Assembly: GCA_040285825.1 (NCBI GenBank) | Contig: JAUPSS010000014.1 | Location: 128,337-192,336 of the forward strand | DNA from: Eukaryota sp. TZLM1-RC | Taxonomy: Eukaryota > Protista > Metamonada: BaSk clade | Direction: 5' to 3' | Length of the DNA: 64,000 nucleotides | Shown here: positions 12,430 through 24,399 of the stretch, in pieces | How the letters are laid out: each line of letters opens with the position of its first letter | Numbering within the stretch: the first letter of the stretch is position 1 | The notes under the pieces: model-generated | The model's input: only the letters and a program-made list of their open reading frames with translations | Told to the model about the DNA's origin: nothing | Databases searched by the model: none | Position numbers and translations under genes: made by a program

Positions 12430-13060
12430 CTAAATGCGAAATTTTCACTGGCCACTTGCGTCTCTATTGTTCACCATGTTCAAGGCTTAGAAGAGTCGTT
12501 TCCTGGGCAACAGTCAGGTTAACCTTCTTCACCTACTTCTTGGAGATGTAAGAAAAGCTTGCACCAGTATTAACTATTCAATGTATAGAATGCTGTTTGA
12601 CTTAGTAAAACTCTTCAAATATAATAAGCTTTTATTCATAGGCTTGTTCAGTTCTTTGTACTGATATGAAATCTTGGATTTATTAGCAATAATGTAACAG
12701 GCAGAAAATTTAATTTTCGCAATGTATAATGTATTCAGCTTCTCTGGCACAGAACACTTGGTAAATTAATCAGCGTTAAAATTATTCAAAACTATATCAG
12801 ATTATTTTCCACAGTCAGCGGCTACAAGGACGATATCAGAATCGAAATTTGGAACTAACTCCATTCAGCGAGAAATCATTTATCGCTTTCCCTTCGGTTT
12901 CCCTTAAGTTTAGTAACCTAAAATTTTTTTTAACATCAAAAGTCATACTGTGACTTAAATTCAGAGTTTATTTTTCTCTAGCAGCTTGACAGGCTCTCAC
13001 GTCATTTGCTAATCAGCGTTTAAAGACGACAATGAACATTTGTACAACATCTCCCACCCA
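12430..13060 (-). pseudogene. Possible highly decayed Fanzor/TnpB-like relic
   Basis: Ordered RuvC-like fragments: IVLVAADCGK*SDI (~12805-12835), ILVQAFLTS (~12545-12570) and NNRDASG (~12450-12470). Confidence 0.35.
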
Positions 13061-13499
13061 TTTGACTTTGTTGATTGAATGTTTGTTCTGAGGAAAGAAA
13101 CTAAAGGAAGAAAATTAGATGTAGTCCCTCATCAAAATGCTTCAAATTTCAGTATTCTTTCTACTTTGTTTACATTTTTGACAATGTTAAATATCCTTCG
13201 TCAAAGGTTCTTTTTTATTTAACTCTTTAAAAAACAGTTCTTGATTAATCAAAACATTTGACACACAATTTGATTAAAAAGACACCAAATACAGTCAAAT
13301 GATCTGTTTAAAACTAATTTAATAATAAAGATAAGAATTGATAAAAAGAAAATTAGCAGTGTCAGAAGAATAATAAAGGAAATTGTAGATACCTATATTT
13401 CTCATTAAAGGGGTCGTTGATTTACATCTAGATAGTCACGGAAAATCTCAAACAAAAATCTGAAACAAGGGTAGCTAACCCACCATGGGAAACATAATA

Positions 13500-14370
13500 A
13501 TTCATCTAGATACACAGTCTTAATTAGTTTTACAGATTGAATTGAAACTTGATTAAGAAATTGCTGGAGCTAAGGAAGAAACCAACAAAGTTCTGTCATA
13601 AGACTTAACAAATTGGGTGAATTTTGAACAAGGAACGTTGATTCAGTGAAATTGATAGGAACATTACCGTCATTAATTCCTTCAATTTTGGTTATGGTAT
13701 TTCAATATTAACACACCTCCACAAATCTCTTTGAAATTTAACAAGGGATTGGAATAACGGGATTCCTCCTTCTAATATTGTACCTGATATTCCACGAGAT
13801 TTGACCTTCAGCTTTTTTAAAGATACCAGATAGCTTAAATCAATAACGTCAATGCAAAGATGACTGAGCACAAATTTTACTAGTGAGGGGGGGGGGGATT
13901 GTTCTAAATTGGATGAGTAAGCAAGTTTTAGACATTTGATGTTTGATTTATGTGCCAGGTTTATGGACCTCTCACCATTACAAGACTCTGCACCGAGCTT
14001 AACAACTTCAACATTATGGAGAAATGAGAATAATTGTGGATAATAATCAACCCCATCATAATAAACATCAAGTTTTTTAATTCCAGAATTAATTACTTTA
14101 GGACCATTATAATCAGTAGATAATCGTTATTGTAAAACACAAATATTTCCATTGAAATTTCAATCTTGAGGATCTTTTAAAAATTCATAACTATTAATCA
14201 CTTCTTCATCATTTAAAGCCAGTCTTTGACCACTTGGACATTTGGTATAAAATCTGGCTTTTGCATAATGAAAATCAGCAAAAAGTTTTTTACATATTGG
14301 AGATAATTGAAGTCTTGGTGCCCTTAGGCTTATATAATATGAATAGAAAATAAATCAACTTTTCCTCATT
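13500..14370 (-). pseudogene. Decayed leucine-rich-repeat-like ORF
   Basis: Broken reading such as IKCLKL, LVKFVLSHL.IDVIDLSYLVSLKKLKV and PKLKEL, with stops and frameshifts. Confidence 0.3.
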
Positions 14371-14489
14371 GACTTTTCTTTACTACAATAGACTTTAGGC
14401 AACAATAATTATTGGCCATTTTAAAGTCAAAAGGTATACCGCAAATAACTTCAGTACTCAACAAAAAACCAGCAAACCGGATATGTTGA

Positions 14490-15330
14490 TTATGTCAGAC
14501 ATCTCCCAAAGAAACTTTGACCTTACTCGTTCATTACCAAACATGCAGCAACAGGAACAACAACAAGACATAGAAACGCATAAAAAAGAGGGTAACGAGC
14601 TAACGGACCCGAATCCCACCTTCCCCTCCCCAAAAGTTAATGATGAAAGAGCGGACGAGGTCCCTCCTTCTTCAGTTATAAAAGAGGTTACGAAAACGAC
14701 CTCGGTTCCCTCTCCCCTCAAGAATATAGAATTACCCACGGATGTAATGAAAACGGACCCGGCTTCCTCTTCCTTCGAGAAAAAGAGATTTGTCGACGAT
14801 GGTAACGAGAACGTACCTTGCTCCCTCTCCCCTTCAAAATGGGGAACCTGTTGTTAAGGTAACGAATGAAAATCCCACCTTAAACAAGTCGACCCCCTTA
14901 GCAGAGTATGATAAATTTTATGCTCAACTAGATGACAAGGGAAAAGATGACTCCAGTGATGGATTCTACAAACTCCTAACAAGGACGCGGAGCCTTACCT
15001 CGAATCAATGGACTTGTATACATTCGAGCAGCTCCCTCCTTTATGGAGCCAAACACAAAAAAAGTCGACTACATGCGAGGTTACGAGAAAAGACTCCACC
15101 TCCACTATTATTGTACTACAATGCACAGATACGGCCCTTGCTTCCCTGGGTATGACTCGTCGATTGTATGGACCACAAGTTCATCGTCAAGGATTTCAGA
15201 CAGTACAGATGTTGTCTTACTCATTGCATGTACAAATTCAATATTGGAACAACAAGAATTCCCATCATTTTCAGTTGGCAAATTTCATCCTTTGGATTTT
15301 ATGTGCTCGTATCAAATTTTTCACCAGCAA
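14490..15330 (+). pseudogene. Frameshifted Pro/Ser-rich ORF of unknown, probably mobile-element, origin
   Basis: Overlapping ORFs 14483-14857, 14790-15155 and 15043-15333 with higher GC than the flanks; no diagnostic motif. Confidence 0.25.
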
Positions 15331-15377
15331 TGAAGAATGTTTAACGAGTCATTATTATAATTTCAACAAAAGACAAA

Positions 15378-15468
15378 ACCTGAACCTCCAAAATTATGAA
15401 CCTGAACCGACCCTGAACCTTGAACCTAGGTTGGAAACCTGAACCGAACCGAACCTTGAACAGTCCTA
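15378..15468 (-). repeat. DNA-transposon (hAT-like) terminus with GAACC subterminal repeats
   Basis: About eight (G)AACC units ending in TTGAACAGTCCTA (TAGGACTGTTCAA on the minus strand); no partner end found. Confidence 0.45.
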
Positions 15469-16750
15469 CTAAATTGACAAATTGAACACTAATCACTGGA
15501 TATACACATTTTACCCACAACATGAGAAAATTTAAACAATGTAAATTTCACGAAATCATGTAAAGGACATGTACCTCTGTTTTTGAACGGTTTTGGTTCA
15601 ATACCTGAAAAAGAATTCAATCGATTGGGGAATTTCAATAATTCTGAACTATTTAAAGAGAGGTGAGTCATTCCAACAACTGAAATCATATTTGTGCGAT
15701 ATCCACCATACCGAATTAGATCTGGTTCTAAATCGGATCGAGAATCGGGATCAGCTTCGGACAAACCTGGAGAAGACATGTTCAACATCGAAAGTGTGAT
15801 AATGACGGGCCATTGGTAGAGTTGTGTGAGGGAGGTTGTATATCTTCATTGGTGGAGGCGAGTTCCATGGTTGTTGAAAAGGGGGTGTGGCAACTATAAG
15901 ACGGAGTTGACAGGGCAGTGTTTGAATAATATGAAAACGGTGCACAAAACAACAGATCTGTAGATGAGCTTGATAAATCTTGAGAATGGTGTTCTGTTGG
16001 GGAGCAGGATAAGGTAAAACAATCAGGAGTAAACTTATCACGATCATCGTCGTGAGTCATTGAGATTCTAAAATTCAAGAAATTCCCAAAAATATTGAAT
16101 CCAAGCATTCTGTTCTCGTGAAATGGAAAGTTTTTCGCTTTGCTGGAATAAGTAGACTGACAATTAGCCCACCAATTTGTAACTTCCATACAGTTGGCAA
16201 TCTCAGAATTTGGAAAATGATTTGAAAAGGCTTCTATCGTTCAAGTCATCAGTCTTCATTCACTGTTGTTTTCCAGAATTCAATGCTCCTAGAACTAGAA
16301 ATTGCAAAACTTATAGGAGAAATAGACTTGTATTATATTATATTCAAGGGTATGGTTAAATAAATGCATGGCATTATAATATAGCTAAAATGAAAAACTA
16401 AATAATAAAAATACAAAATCTATATTTTCATTCCCCAAATGAGCCAAATAGAATTCACTGGAAGTTTGTTTTTCATTAAACCGACCAATAGATACCAGAG
16501 CAGACGATAACAAGGGAACAATACCTTTAAAAATTGAAAAGGCAATCTTGTTCTGCCAAAACATTTTGTCAAAAACTGTTCATGTAAGCTGTTTCAAAAT
16601 TTCAACAAAAACGTCCAAGAAAGATAAAGCACCTGGTCCAAGGAAGCCATGCAGGCACAATGCAAACAGACAAAGAGCACGATGAGTATGTAATTGAGTA
16701 TTCAAGGACAGCAACTTTATATTGTAGTTCTTTCAGCAACATTGATTATA

Positions 16751-17656
16751 ATGGATATCATTCGAGGCCAGCTTGTCTCTCTCCTTGTCACTACCACTTC
16801 TTCAGTCAACCAGGCCCTCAATCAGTATCATGGACTCACGATCCCAGCCATTCAGTCGTTTTTTGGCTATTTGTCATTGGCATTGCTTTCGTTCCCTGCT
16901 TACAGAAAGCAAGTTAGAAATTCCAACAGATCTCTCAAATGGCGTATTTACTTCTTATATACTATATTTGATGTCTTGGCAACGTACATTGTAGTTCTCG
17001 CCTACAGGTTTGGGACAATTTCATCCATCATGTTGTTAGATTGCTTTTCTCTTTTCATTTGTTTGTTTATGGGTTACTTTCTACTTAATCTAAAAGCACT
17101 CAAAACCCACTATTTAGGTATCTTTATTGCAATGTTTGGAATGGTAATCTTAATCTCATCAGATACTACCTCACAAAGTGGGAGCCATCCTTTATTGGGT
17201 GATCTCTTAGCTCTTTCTTCTGCCACTATACTAGGTCTTTGTAACGTCTTCCAAGAAATGTTCTTGGTAAATGCTTCTCCTCAAGAGTTTTGCTTTTCTA
17301 TTGGAGTTTCTGGTTTTCTGATTTCTGGTCTGATCACGTGCCTTTTTGAGCTACCTTTTGTGTCATCATTAGGATCTCTTCCTGTAGTTAGTCTTTTACT
17401 GTTATTTTCAATATCATTTGGGTCAACTTATTTACTTGTCCCTCTCATCATTTCTTCAAGGGGTGCCACTTTCTTCAATATTGCTTTACTTTCAAGTGAT
17501 TGTTTTGCAGTTTTTTCTGATTTTATAATATTTGGAAAAGATTTTAGAATGGTTTCAATATTTAGTTTAGTTTGCATTATCATCGGATTGTACATTTACT
17601 TACTAAGACCTCTCCAAAAAAGGGAAAACAAGGAAACAATACCGCTATTAAGGTGA
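16751..17656 (+). CDS. SLC35F-family (DMT superfamily) solute carrier
   Basis: GQLVSLL, FDVLATYIVVLAYRF..ISSIMLLDCFS, GDLLAL.SA...CNVFQE and ATFFNIALLSSD motifs; about 10 TM segments. Confidence 0.88.
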   Translation: MDIIRGQLVSLLVTTTSSVNQALNQYHGLTIPAIQSFFGYLSLALLSFPAYRKQVRNSNRSLKWRIYFLYTIFDVLATYIVVLAYRFGTISSIMLLDCFSLFICLFMGYFLLNLKALKTHYLGIFIAMFGMVILISSDTTSQSGSHPLLGDLLALSSATILGLCNVFQEMFLVNASPQEFCFSIGVSGFLISGLITCLFELPFVSSLGSLPVVSLLLLFSISFGSTYLLVPLIISSRGATFFNIALLSSDCFAVFSDFIIFGKDFRMVSIFSLVCIIIGLYIYLLRPLQKRENKETIPLLR

Positions 17657-17660
17657 TTAA

Positions 17661-18743
17661 TTACGTGTAAATTGAACTGAATACTTTAGCATTTGGTAAA
17701 TCAACAAATTCTGCTGCAAATACCAAATGTGAGCAATTTTCTTTTAAAAAGGGATATTCTGAAATTAAAATTGATAATAAAGACCACTGAGAATCCGTGT
17801 AATTTTCGGGATCATTACTAACTAAATAGGTCACAAATTTGATTAATAATTCGTTATTAGGGCAAGGGACAAGTAAATGATGGAAAAAAGAGAAAAAAGT
17901 GCCTAAAAGAGAAGAGATTTTGGAAAAAGGCAGGTTTAATAATTGTTGTAGTAGAATTTGTTTCATTAAATTTGTAAAATGATCTTGATTTGAAAGCAAT
18001 TCACAGAGATTATCGACAAGTTTGTAATCAAAGTCAGTGATGGAATCAATCAAATAGGAGTGGATGATTGTACCGGCAACTAACATAATCAGATCATAAT
18101 CAATCAAATTCGATTGCAGAATCTGGTTCAATAACGACCTACCCTTGACATTTTGAAGTAATAACTTGATGACACTTGAATCAATCAAAAAATCTTGACC
18201 ATTCTTGACTTTAATTAGAGGTAATTTCAATTGTTTTGCAATGTTTGTGATAACTTTATTCCTTTTATCAACCATATCCAATTCAATTAAATCCTGTAAT
18301 TCAATCAAATAGTCATGAATTTTCTCAATCAAAATAACCGTCCCAGACCAAGTTCGAAGAGAAACCTTCTCACTGGTGATATTGGGAACATTCACTGTGG
18401 GTCTTGCTTTGTTACCAGCCAAAGGAACACATCCTAGAGTTTTGGGTGGAAGATTAACGTATTGAATGGGAGTAGAGGGCTTGGAGGGCTTGTAAACTGA
18501 CTGTGGAGTGGGTTTGGGTACGGGTTTGGAATGAATGAAGTAGAAGTCTTCTTGATATGGGTCATTCATCACAACAGTAGAGGAACGGGAAGAGAGAAGG
18601 AACTGGTAGTCCTGTGGAGTGAAGAGAGAAGGCGTGGTCCGTGGACGTTGAAGAGGCTTGGGTTGACTAGATTGAGATGTAAAAGATGCCTCAAAATCGG
18701 TTGCAGAAACAGCATCGAGAGGTATAGAAGGGAGATCTTGCAT
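17661..18743 (-). CDS. PAT1: Pat1-like mRNA decapping activator (divergent)
   Basis: FTPQDYQFL...NDPYQEDFYF, LG.V.....ARP, LIEKIHDYLIELQD and KGRSLL match Pat1 conserved blocks. Confidence 0.7.
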   Translation of the reverse strand: MQDLPSIPLDAVSATDFEASFTSQSSQPKPLQRPRTTPSLFTPQDYQFLLSSRSSTVVMNDPYQEDFYFIHSKPVPKPTPQSVYKPSKPSTPIQYVNLPPKTLGCVPLAGNKARPTVNVPNITSEKVSLRTWSGTVILIEKIHDYLIELQDLIELDMVDKRNKVITNIAKQLKLPLIKVKNGQDFLIDSSVIKLLLQNVKGRSLLNQILQSNLIDYDLIMLVAGTIIHSYLIDSITDFDYKLVDNLCELLSNQDHFTNLMKQILLQQLLNLPFSKISSLLGTFFSFFHHLLVPCPNNELLIKFVTYLVSNDPENYTDSQWSLLSILISEYPFLKENCSHLVFAAEFVDLPNAKVFSSIYT

Positions 18744-18959
18744 AATGGTAGGTGATATGAATGAATGCTCAGATCCAACTATTGAATTAGCGAGGATTAT
18801 TGGAACCTTTTAATTTATTGAACATCCGCCCTTAACAAAATAAACTCATAACAAATGGGACGAAATTCATTGAACCAAGATTTCCTCTACAAAATCATAC
18901 ATTCTCATTAAAATCAATTAAATCAGAAAAAAATCTATTTAATAAATTTTGTATTCAAC

Positions 18960-19650
18960 TATGATGAAGCCTTTGTAACAAAACTGAGATTGTCACTGAA
19001 TGTCCTTGTTGACCACCTTCTAAAAAAACAAATATCTATTAGTTCTAATTCTTGTTAGATCAGCTTACATCATGCTTTAGATTGTCCCAAATTGATAACT
19101 TATCGTTGTTCATTAAATGATTCTGTCAGGGACACTGTTTTTAATATGGCAAGAAATGCAATAATCTCATGTATTAAGGGGCCTTTCCTTTGAGAAACAA
19201 TGTCATTAAACAAATTTGGTTTTGATGACAGAGGTGATATCTTTTGTGATTGGATAGATAACCTTGAAGTTATTACGGTTTTTGTCTTCTGTAAGGTTGC
19301 AATCGACACTTTGGTTCAAAGAAGGAAACTTAATTCTGTAGATGCTCTGGAATTTTAAGCAAAAGAAAAACATAGAAAATACGACAAAGATATTGAAGAA
19401 GCTAATGCTGATAGAAACAGACCGCTTGTTTTTATTGATTTTCCATTTTCTATAAACGGAAGACTATAAGTAGAAGCAGGAACTTGTTGATAGAAAAAAC
19501 AATGAAGAGATTTGATGTCTTTTGTGGCGATCACGAATTCAATTTGCTATAATTATGAGATTGCCTCGGTTGTTTTATGAAATAAAAGAAGCAATGGCGA
19601 GAAAATAAGCAGATCAGTATTTGGGAGAGGAATTAGTTCTGATTTAATTT
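18960..19650 (+). mobile_element. Decayed 3' part of CRE family A
   Basis: Similar to the reverse complement of 8590-9300; a further ~45-bp opposite-strand scrap lies at 18853-18897. Confidence 0.8.
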
Positions 19651-19663
19651 TATCAAGTGTTGT

Positions 19664-20765
19664 TGTTGTTGTTGAACTTAAATTGAATTAGTAGGTCTCT
19701 TTGTATTTTGACTGATGACGTGATACTCGTTTATGAATCAGTTTTATTAATAAACTTAGATTTCTCTTTCTCCTTCGTGTGTTCATCTGCCTAACGGCAT
19801 CAATAATTGTTGGCCCTTCTTATTTCAGATGATTGATCCCGATGTCAACATCCCGTCTCTTTCTTCCATGAAAGTTGAAAGTGTTCTTCTGTTCCTACAG
19901 GAGTGGAAGATCTATTCTTCAGTGACTCTTGAGAAGGAGCTTGTTCCAGCAAGACTCTTGGTCGATTCTTTTCTGTTAGAGTCCCTATCTCTCCAGAAAT
20001 CCGACGTCTCATCCAGTGACGATGTTCTTCTCAGACATCTACAATCTGTCGTATCGTTCGCCACGTACGAAGATTTTAGTCTGGCTATGTCAGAACTGAA
20101 GCTTGATGTCCGTATTGGTGACGTCCGAGAACGTATGTCCTGTTACCTGCGACGTTTCCTCCAGGTAAACAGTAGGGCTTCCGGACTGAAGTTGCCAGAC
20201 ATAGCTTTTCTGAACCGATTTGCCAGAAGAATTCTTCCCGTAGGTCTTCAACGTTCTGTGCTAGCGAGAATTCGAGATGATGTCTTTTCAGATCTTCACT
20301 CCCTTGTCGAAACCACTACTGATGAGCTGTTGAACTGTTCCAGGGTTGAATCATGGAATCGTGGTTCCAAAACCTCAATTAGTGAGGTGGAACGTACGGC
20401 TGGCACTAAGACGGGGTCCTTTTGGCGCTCTCAAGATTTGAAAAATTAATCGTGCTTAAAGTGCCACAGGCCTGGGCAAATCTCCCGTGGTTGTCCAAAT
20501 AGAATCAAACATGAGGTGAATTATGTGTGTCATACCAACGATGCACCGAAGAATTAAACAAACCCCATATCTTCCCTCTATTGAGCCAGTACTGTATTTG
20601 TCCTCAGAAAAATGGGAAAAAGTAGTGTTGTTGTTGAATTTAAATTGAATTAGTAGGTCTCTTTGTATTTTGACTGATGACGTGATACTCGTTTATGAAT
20701 CAGTTTTTATAAATAAACTTAGATTTCTCTCTTTCCTTCGTGTGTTCACCTGCCTATCGGCATCA
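19664..20765 (+). mobile_element. Non-autonomous gag-only LTR retroelement (~1.1 kb)
   Basis: LTRs 19664-19802 and 20626-20765 (TGTTG...CGGCATCA), 4-bp TSD TTGT, gag-like ORF 19829-20449 followed by CLKCHRPGQISRGC, PPT AGAAAAATGGGAAAAAGTAG. Confidence 0.92.
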
Positions 20766-21214
20766 TTGTAGTTCAATACAAATGTGTTTTTATCTATTAT
20801 GCTAAATTTCAAATATACAAAGTACACCTTTTAACAGTTAATCACTTTGTTCTGTTTCACTCATTAACCACCCTACTTCTGACTTATGAACACTTCCACA
20901 AACATAATATAAGTATTTCGAGGTTCTTCGAAAACCTCACATCAGTCTCATTCTTGGGAATTACAAGTGTATGTGATGCCCATATGAGATCAGCGGTGCC
21001 TAAAGAAAGTGGTGGATATGAAGGAGGTCAATATTTTTTTCTGCGGTTCAGTGTTCAGCAATTTGGTGATTAGATGTGTCTGTATAAGTATTTCTATTAT
21101 TTATAAAATCAGATGTTGCTTTTGAAACTCTATATTGATTTATAACTTTTGAGAAACAAGTTTCTGGACAAATAAACTAATTTGAAAAATTAATCGCACC
21201 TCACTGAGTTTGAT

Positions 21215-22403
21215 CATACATGGAAAATACACAAATTTGTCTCTGAAAAATACAAAAATACAAAAATAATACAGAAATACAATTGAAAATACAGACCTTG
21301 TTTGAGCAAAACACATAAAAAAGTTCGATAGAAAGAGCAACAATTCTGGCCATTAACTCAGCGGCAGCTGCTGCCTCACCCTAGAGAACGGAACCCAGCA
21401 AAAAGGAATAGCCATTTGTCGAAAGGATAATGTTGTATAAAGGCTCCATTGTAGTGGAATACCCATCATACTGATTTCCACCCCAAATAAAAGAATAGAA
21501 GGGACAAGTTTTCTTTCTACATTGGTCATTACTTTACTAGCAACAAAAGGAATGTATTTTCTTGACAATGAATGTCTGTTTAATCCAGTACAATCTTTTG
21601 AGACGTCGTTTCTTCTGTGAACATCAGCAAACAATTGAATGGCATATTTTCATTGAGGATTGTCCAAAACTGAGTGAGGAGTTGCAATCGTTGTAAAAGC
21701 AACGGCGAAAGCATTTCCCACTTCGACTTTCCACTGACGTTGAGGAAAAAATAATTTTGCTTCTTGCTCTTCATCATCAACATCGTCAGATGCGTGTGTT
21801 GGCTGATATGTGATGTCTCTAATCAGTGAATTTCGAGCTGTTTGTGCAGCTGTCCTTGATTCTTTCGCCTTTTCCTTCTTGGCGATAAAGGCCTTTAATG
21901 AATTCAGTTCTTTAGTGCCAGTGTATCCTTTGCAAGTGAGAAGATGTTCAGAGGAAGAGCGAGTTGTGTTGCGGTTAAAAAATATTAAAGCATATCCAAA
22001 GCAGTACAAGTCACATTGAGAAGAGGTTTTCGTGTTGCGTGATGCAACCATATCCCAGAGAGGATTTTTTGTTGTGGTAACTTTTATGGTAAAGTCACTG
22101 GGAGAAAACTTGGGTGATGGAGAGTAGTCAGAAGGAGAAGATGATGCCATAGATAGGAATTTTTGAATGACGAATTTAAATAACGAACAAAGGTCATAAC
22201 ACACTGGAATCGTTGAAATAGATAATTGTGTTATTGTTAGCGACTATAACGCAAGTTTCAATGGGTGACCTACAAGCTCTAACAATTCTAGATAACGCTA
22301 CAAAAATACAGAAATACAAGCATTTTTAGGACTCTGAAAAATACAAAAATACACAAAAATACAAAAATATAAAAATACAGTGTATTTGTATTTTCCATGT
22401 ATG
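21215..22403 (-). mobile_element. Internally deleted hAT-like DNA transposon
   Basis: 17-bp TIR CATACATGGAAAATACA / TGTATTTTCCATGTATG, 7-bp TSD GTTTGAT, AAAATAC subterminal repeats, BED-finger-like ORF 21650-22204 and a TLSF-DKW-like first catalytic motif. Confidence 0.85.
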
Positions 22404-22952
22404 GTTTGATTGAGTGGTCGAACTCTTTGGAACATAAGATTATTATATAATTTTTATATCAATTTAGAATTTAAAATTCATTAAACTCTACATAACTAGG
22501 TATTCGTAGATAGACCATCATCATGTTGTGAATTTTTTTATAATTCTTCTAAATTGTCACAAAGTCAATTTTTTTGAGACAGAATGAAACATTATCAATT
22601 TTCAGTTAATATAGAAATGTCCAGACCAAAAAGAAAAAAAAGGTCAAAGTCAATGATTCAATCAATGAATTATGGTTGATAATGTTTGAACATATCTTGA
22701 TCGATCAAATTTGATTGTTCTGGCGTCTTTGCATTCGCCCATCATCACTCAATGAAACTTTTGTGCCAGTATTGAATACATCAAAATCTACAAACTTGTT
22801 CAATCAGTTGTATGATTTACATTTGTTTCCCATAATCTATGAATCAAATTTTCTAAAGAAAATCTTTCTTTGTAATCTTGATCTCACAATTGTGAAACAT
22901 TAGTTTAGTAGGAAAGATTTCAAAAAATCAATATTACTGAATTTATTATAAA

Positions 22953-24326
22953 TTATTCAGGTAATAGAAGATAATCAGCACCTTCTACCTCTGAATTAAG
23001 AGCTGTAGATTTAATTTTCATAAATAAAACTAATATAGCTGCAATGATTAAAAATGCAGAATAGCTAAAAATTACAAATAACTCATCAACTTTGAAATAC
23101 GACTGCACAACTGAGCTACTACCCAAAACAAACATCTGAGCCAGAACACAGCCTGCATTTAAAAGTGCATAATAAGTTCCAGTATCCTTTTTAACAATTA
23201 GAGGAAGGATATCAAATGGCAAAACATTAATTGCACAAAAGGAAAGTCCAACTGCTACAAATGAACCATAATGGAGGTAGTCGTGAGTAAAGAAGTAAGG
23301 TATGATTAGACCTGCTGCTCCCAACAACTGAGCCAATGAGTACAAGACTTTATGACCAAATAGCTTTGTGAGCAAAGGACAACCGACTGACATTATAAAC
23401 GACCCAATTGACATAAGAGTTAAAGCAAAAGAACCTTTTTTCATACCAATAGCTTCAGTAATTAATACCTGGAATGGGAAGAATCCTGCCCAAGATAAGA
23501 GAAATACTAATCCTAAAAGTCGAACGGAAGGTGTCGACTTTTTGATTGCAGTAATTAACTGGTTAAGCATGACCATAAATCCTGATTGAGAATCACCTTC
23601 TGTATTATCTTTTTTAATGGGTTTTTCTTTACCGACAATAAACGAAGGAATTGAAACGAAAATTACACCAATCGCAGAAGCAGAAAAGACTAATAACATG
23701 GTAGTTTCGAAATCAGTTAATGTAACTGACAACAGTGTCTCTTGTTCTTCTTTATTTGATTGAAAAATAAGGAAATTTGTTACTACTTGAGCAGAAGAAA
23801 CACATAGCCCACAAACAGATTGAGCTCTTGTCTGTTCAGTGGCAGAGTCATGGCTCAATCTGGAAACAACATCAGTAACCAATGCACGAGAAGGGGTCTG
23901 GAGAGTATTGAGACCAATGTTAAGGAACCACAGACCAGCTACTACGATAATGACAGCGGCGAGGTGACTTAGGTAGTGGGAGGCGAAAGGATAGGTGCAT
24001 CCAACAGTGATGAGGGAGAAAGAGGTGATGAGCGAACCAGCAAGGATGAATGGTCTTCTTCGGCCCCAGGAGGCTTTGCATTTATCAGAGAGAGCTCCCA
24101 TCATTGGGTTGACAATAAAACCAGAGAGTGGTCCAGCAAGGAAAACGAGAGAGGAGACTAGTTCGGACAGGTTGAGATGATTACGGAGAAATGGCATCAG
24201 AAAAGCAAACTCAACTGCATAACCGATCTGCAGTCCTAACTGAGAAAAATTGAGGGCAAGAAGAAAGGCAAGGGAAAGCTTACGGGGTTTTGGGACCGCT
24301 GTGTTTATAAGTTCTTGTTCAGACAT
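22953..24326 (-). CDS. Sucrose/H+ symporter-like MFS transporter (SUC/SLC45)
   Basis: GLQIGYAVE, LAGPLSGFIVNP.MGALSDKC...WGRRRPFI, QTPSRALVTD and WAGFFPF; 12 TM segments. Confidence 0.9.
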   Translation of the reverse strand: MSEQELINTAVPKPRKLSLAFLLALNFSQLGLQIGYAVEFAFLMPFLRNHLNLSELVSSLVFLAGPLSGFIVNPMMGALSDKCKASWGRRRPFILAGSLITSFSLITVGCTYPFASHYLSHLAAVIIVVAGLWFLNIGLNTLQTPSRALVTDVVSRLSHDSATEQTRAQSVCGLCVSSAQVVTNFLIFQSNKEEQETLLSVTLTDFETTMLLVFSASAIGVIFVSIPSFIVGKEKPIKKDNTEGDSQSGFMVMLNQLITAIKKSTPSVRLLGLVFLLSWAGFFPFQVLITEAIGMKKGSFALTLMSIGSFIMSVGCPLLTKLFGHKVLYSLAQLLGAAGLIIPYFFTHDYLHYGSFVAVGLSFCAINVLPFDILPLIVKKDTGTYYALLNAGCVLAQMFVLGSSSVVQSYFKVDELFVIFSYSAFLIIAAILVLFMKIKSTALNSEVEGADYLLLPE

Positions 24327-24399
24327 CGGCTAATAGCAAACTAAAGTCAAACAGTAGTACCCGTTGATATAGATAATAAAGATGACTAATTTCTATAAA

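Noticed and set aside
15990-16040. WGAG*GKT P-loop-like string (possible helicase or NTPase relic)
   Set aside because: Spacing is one residue short of Walker A, it contains a stop, and no supporting motifs were recognised.
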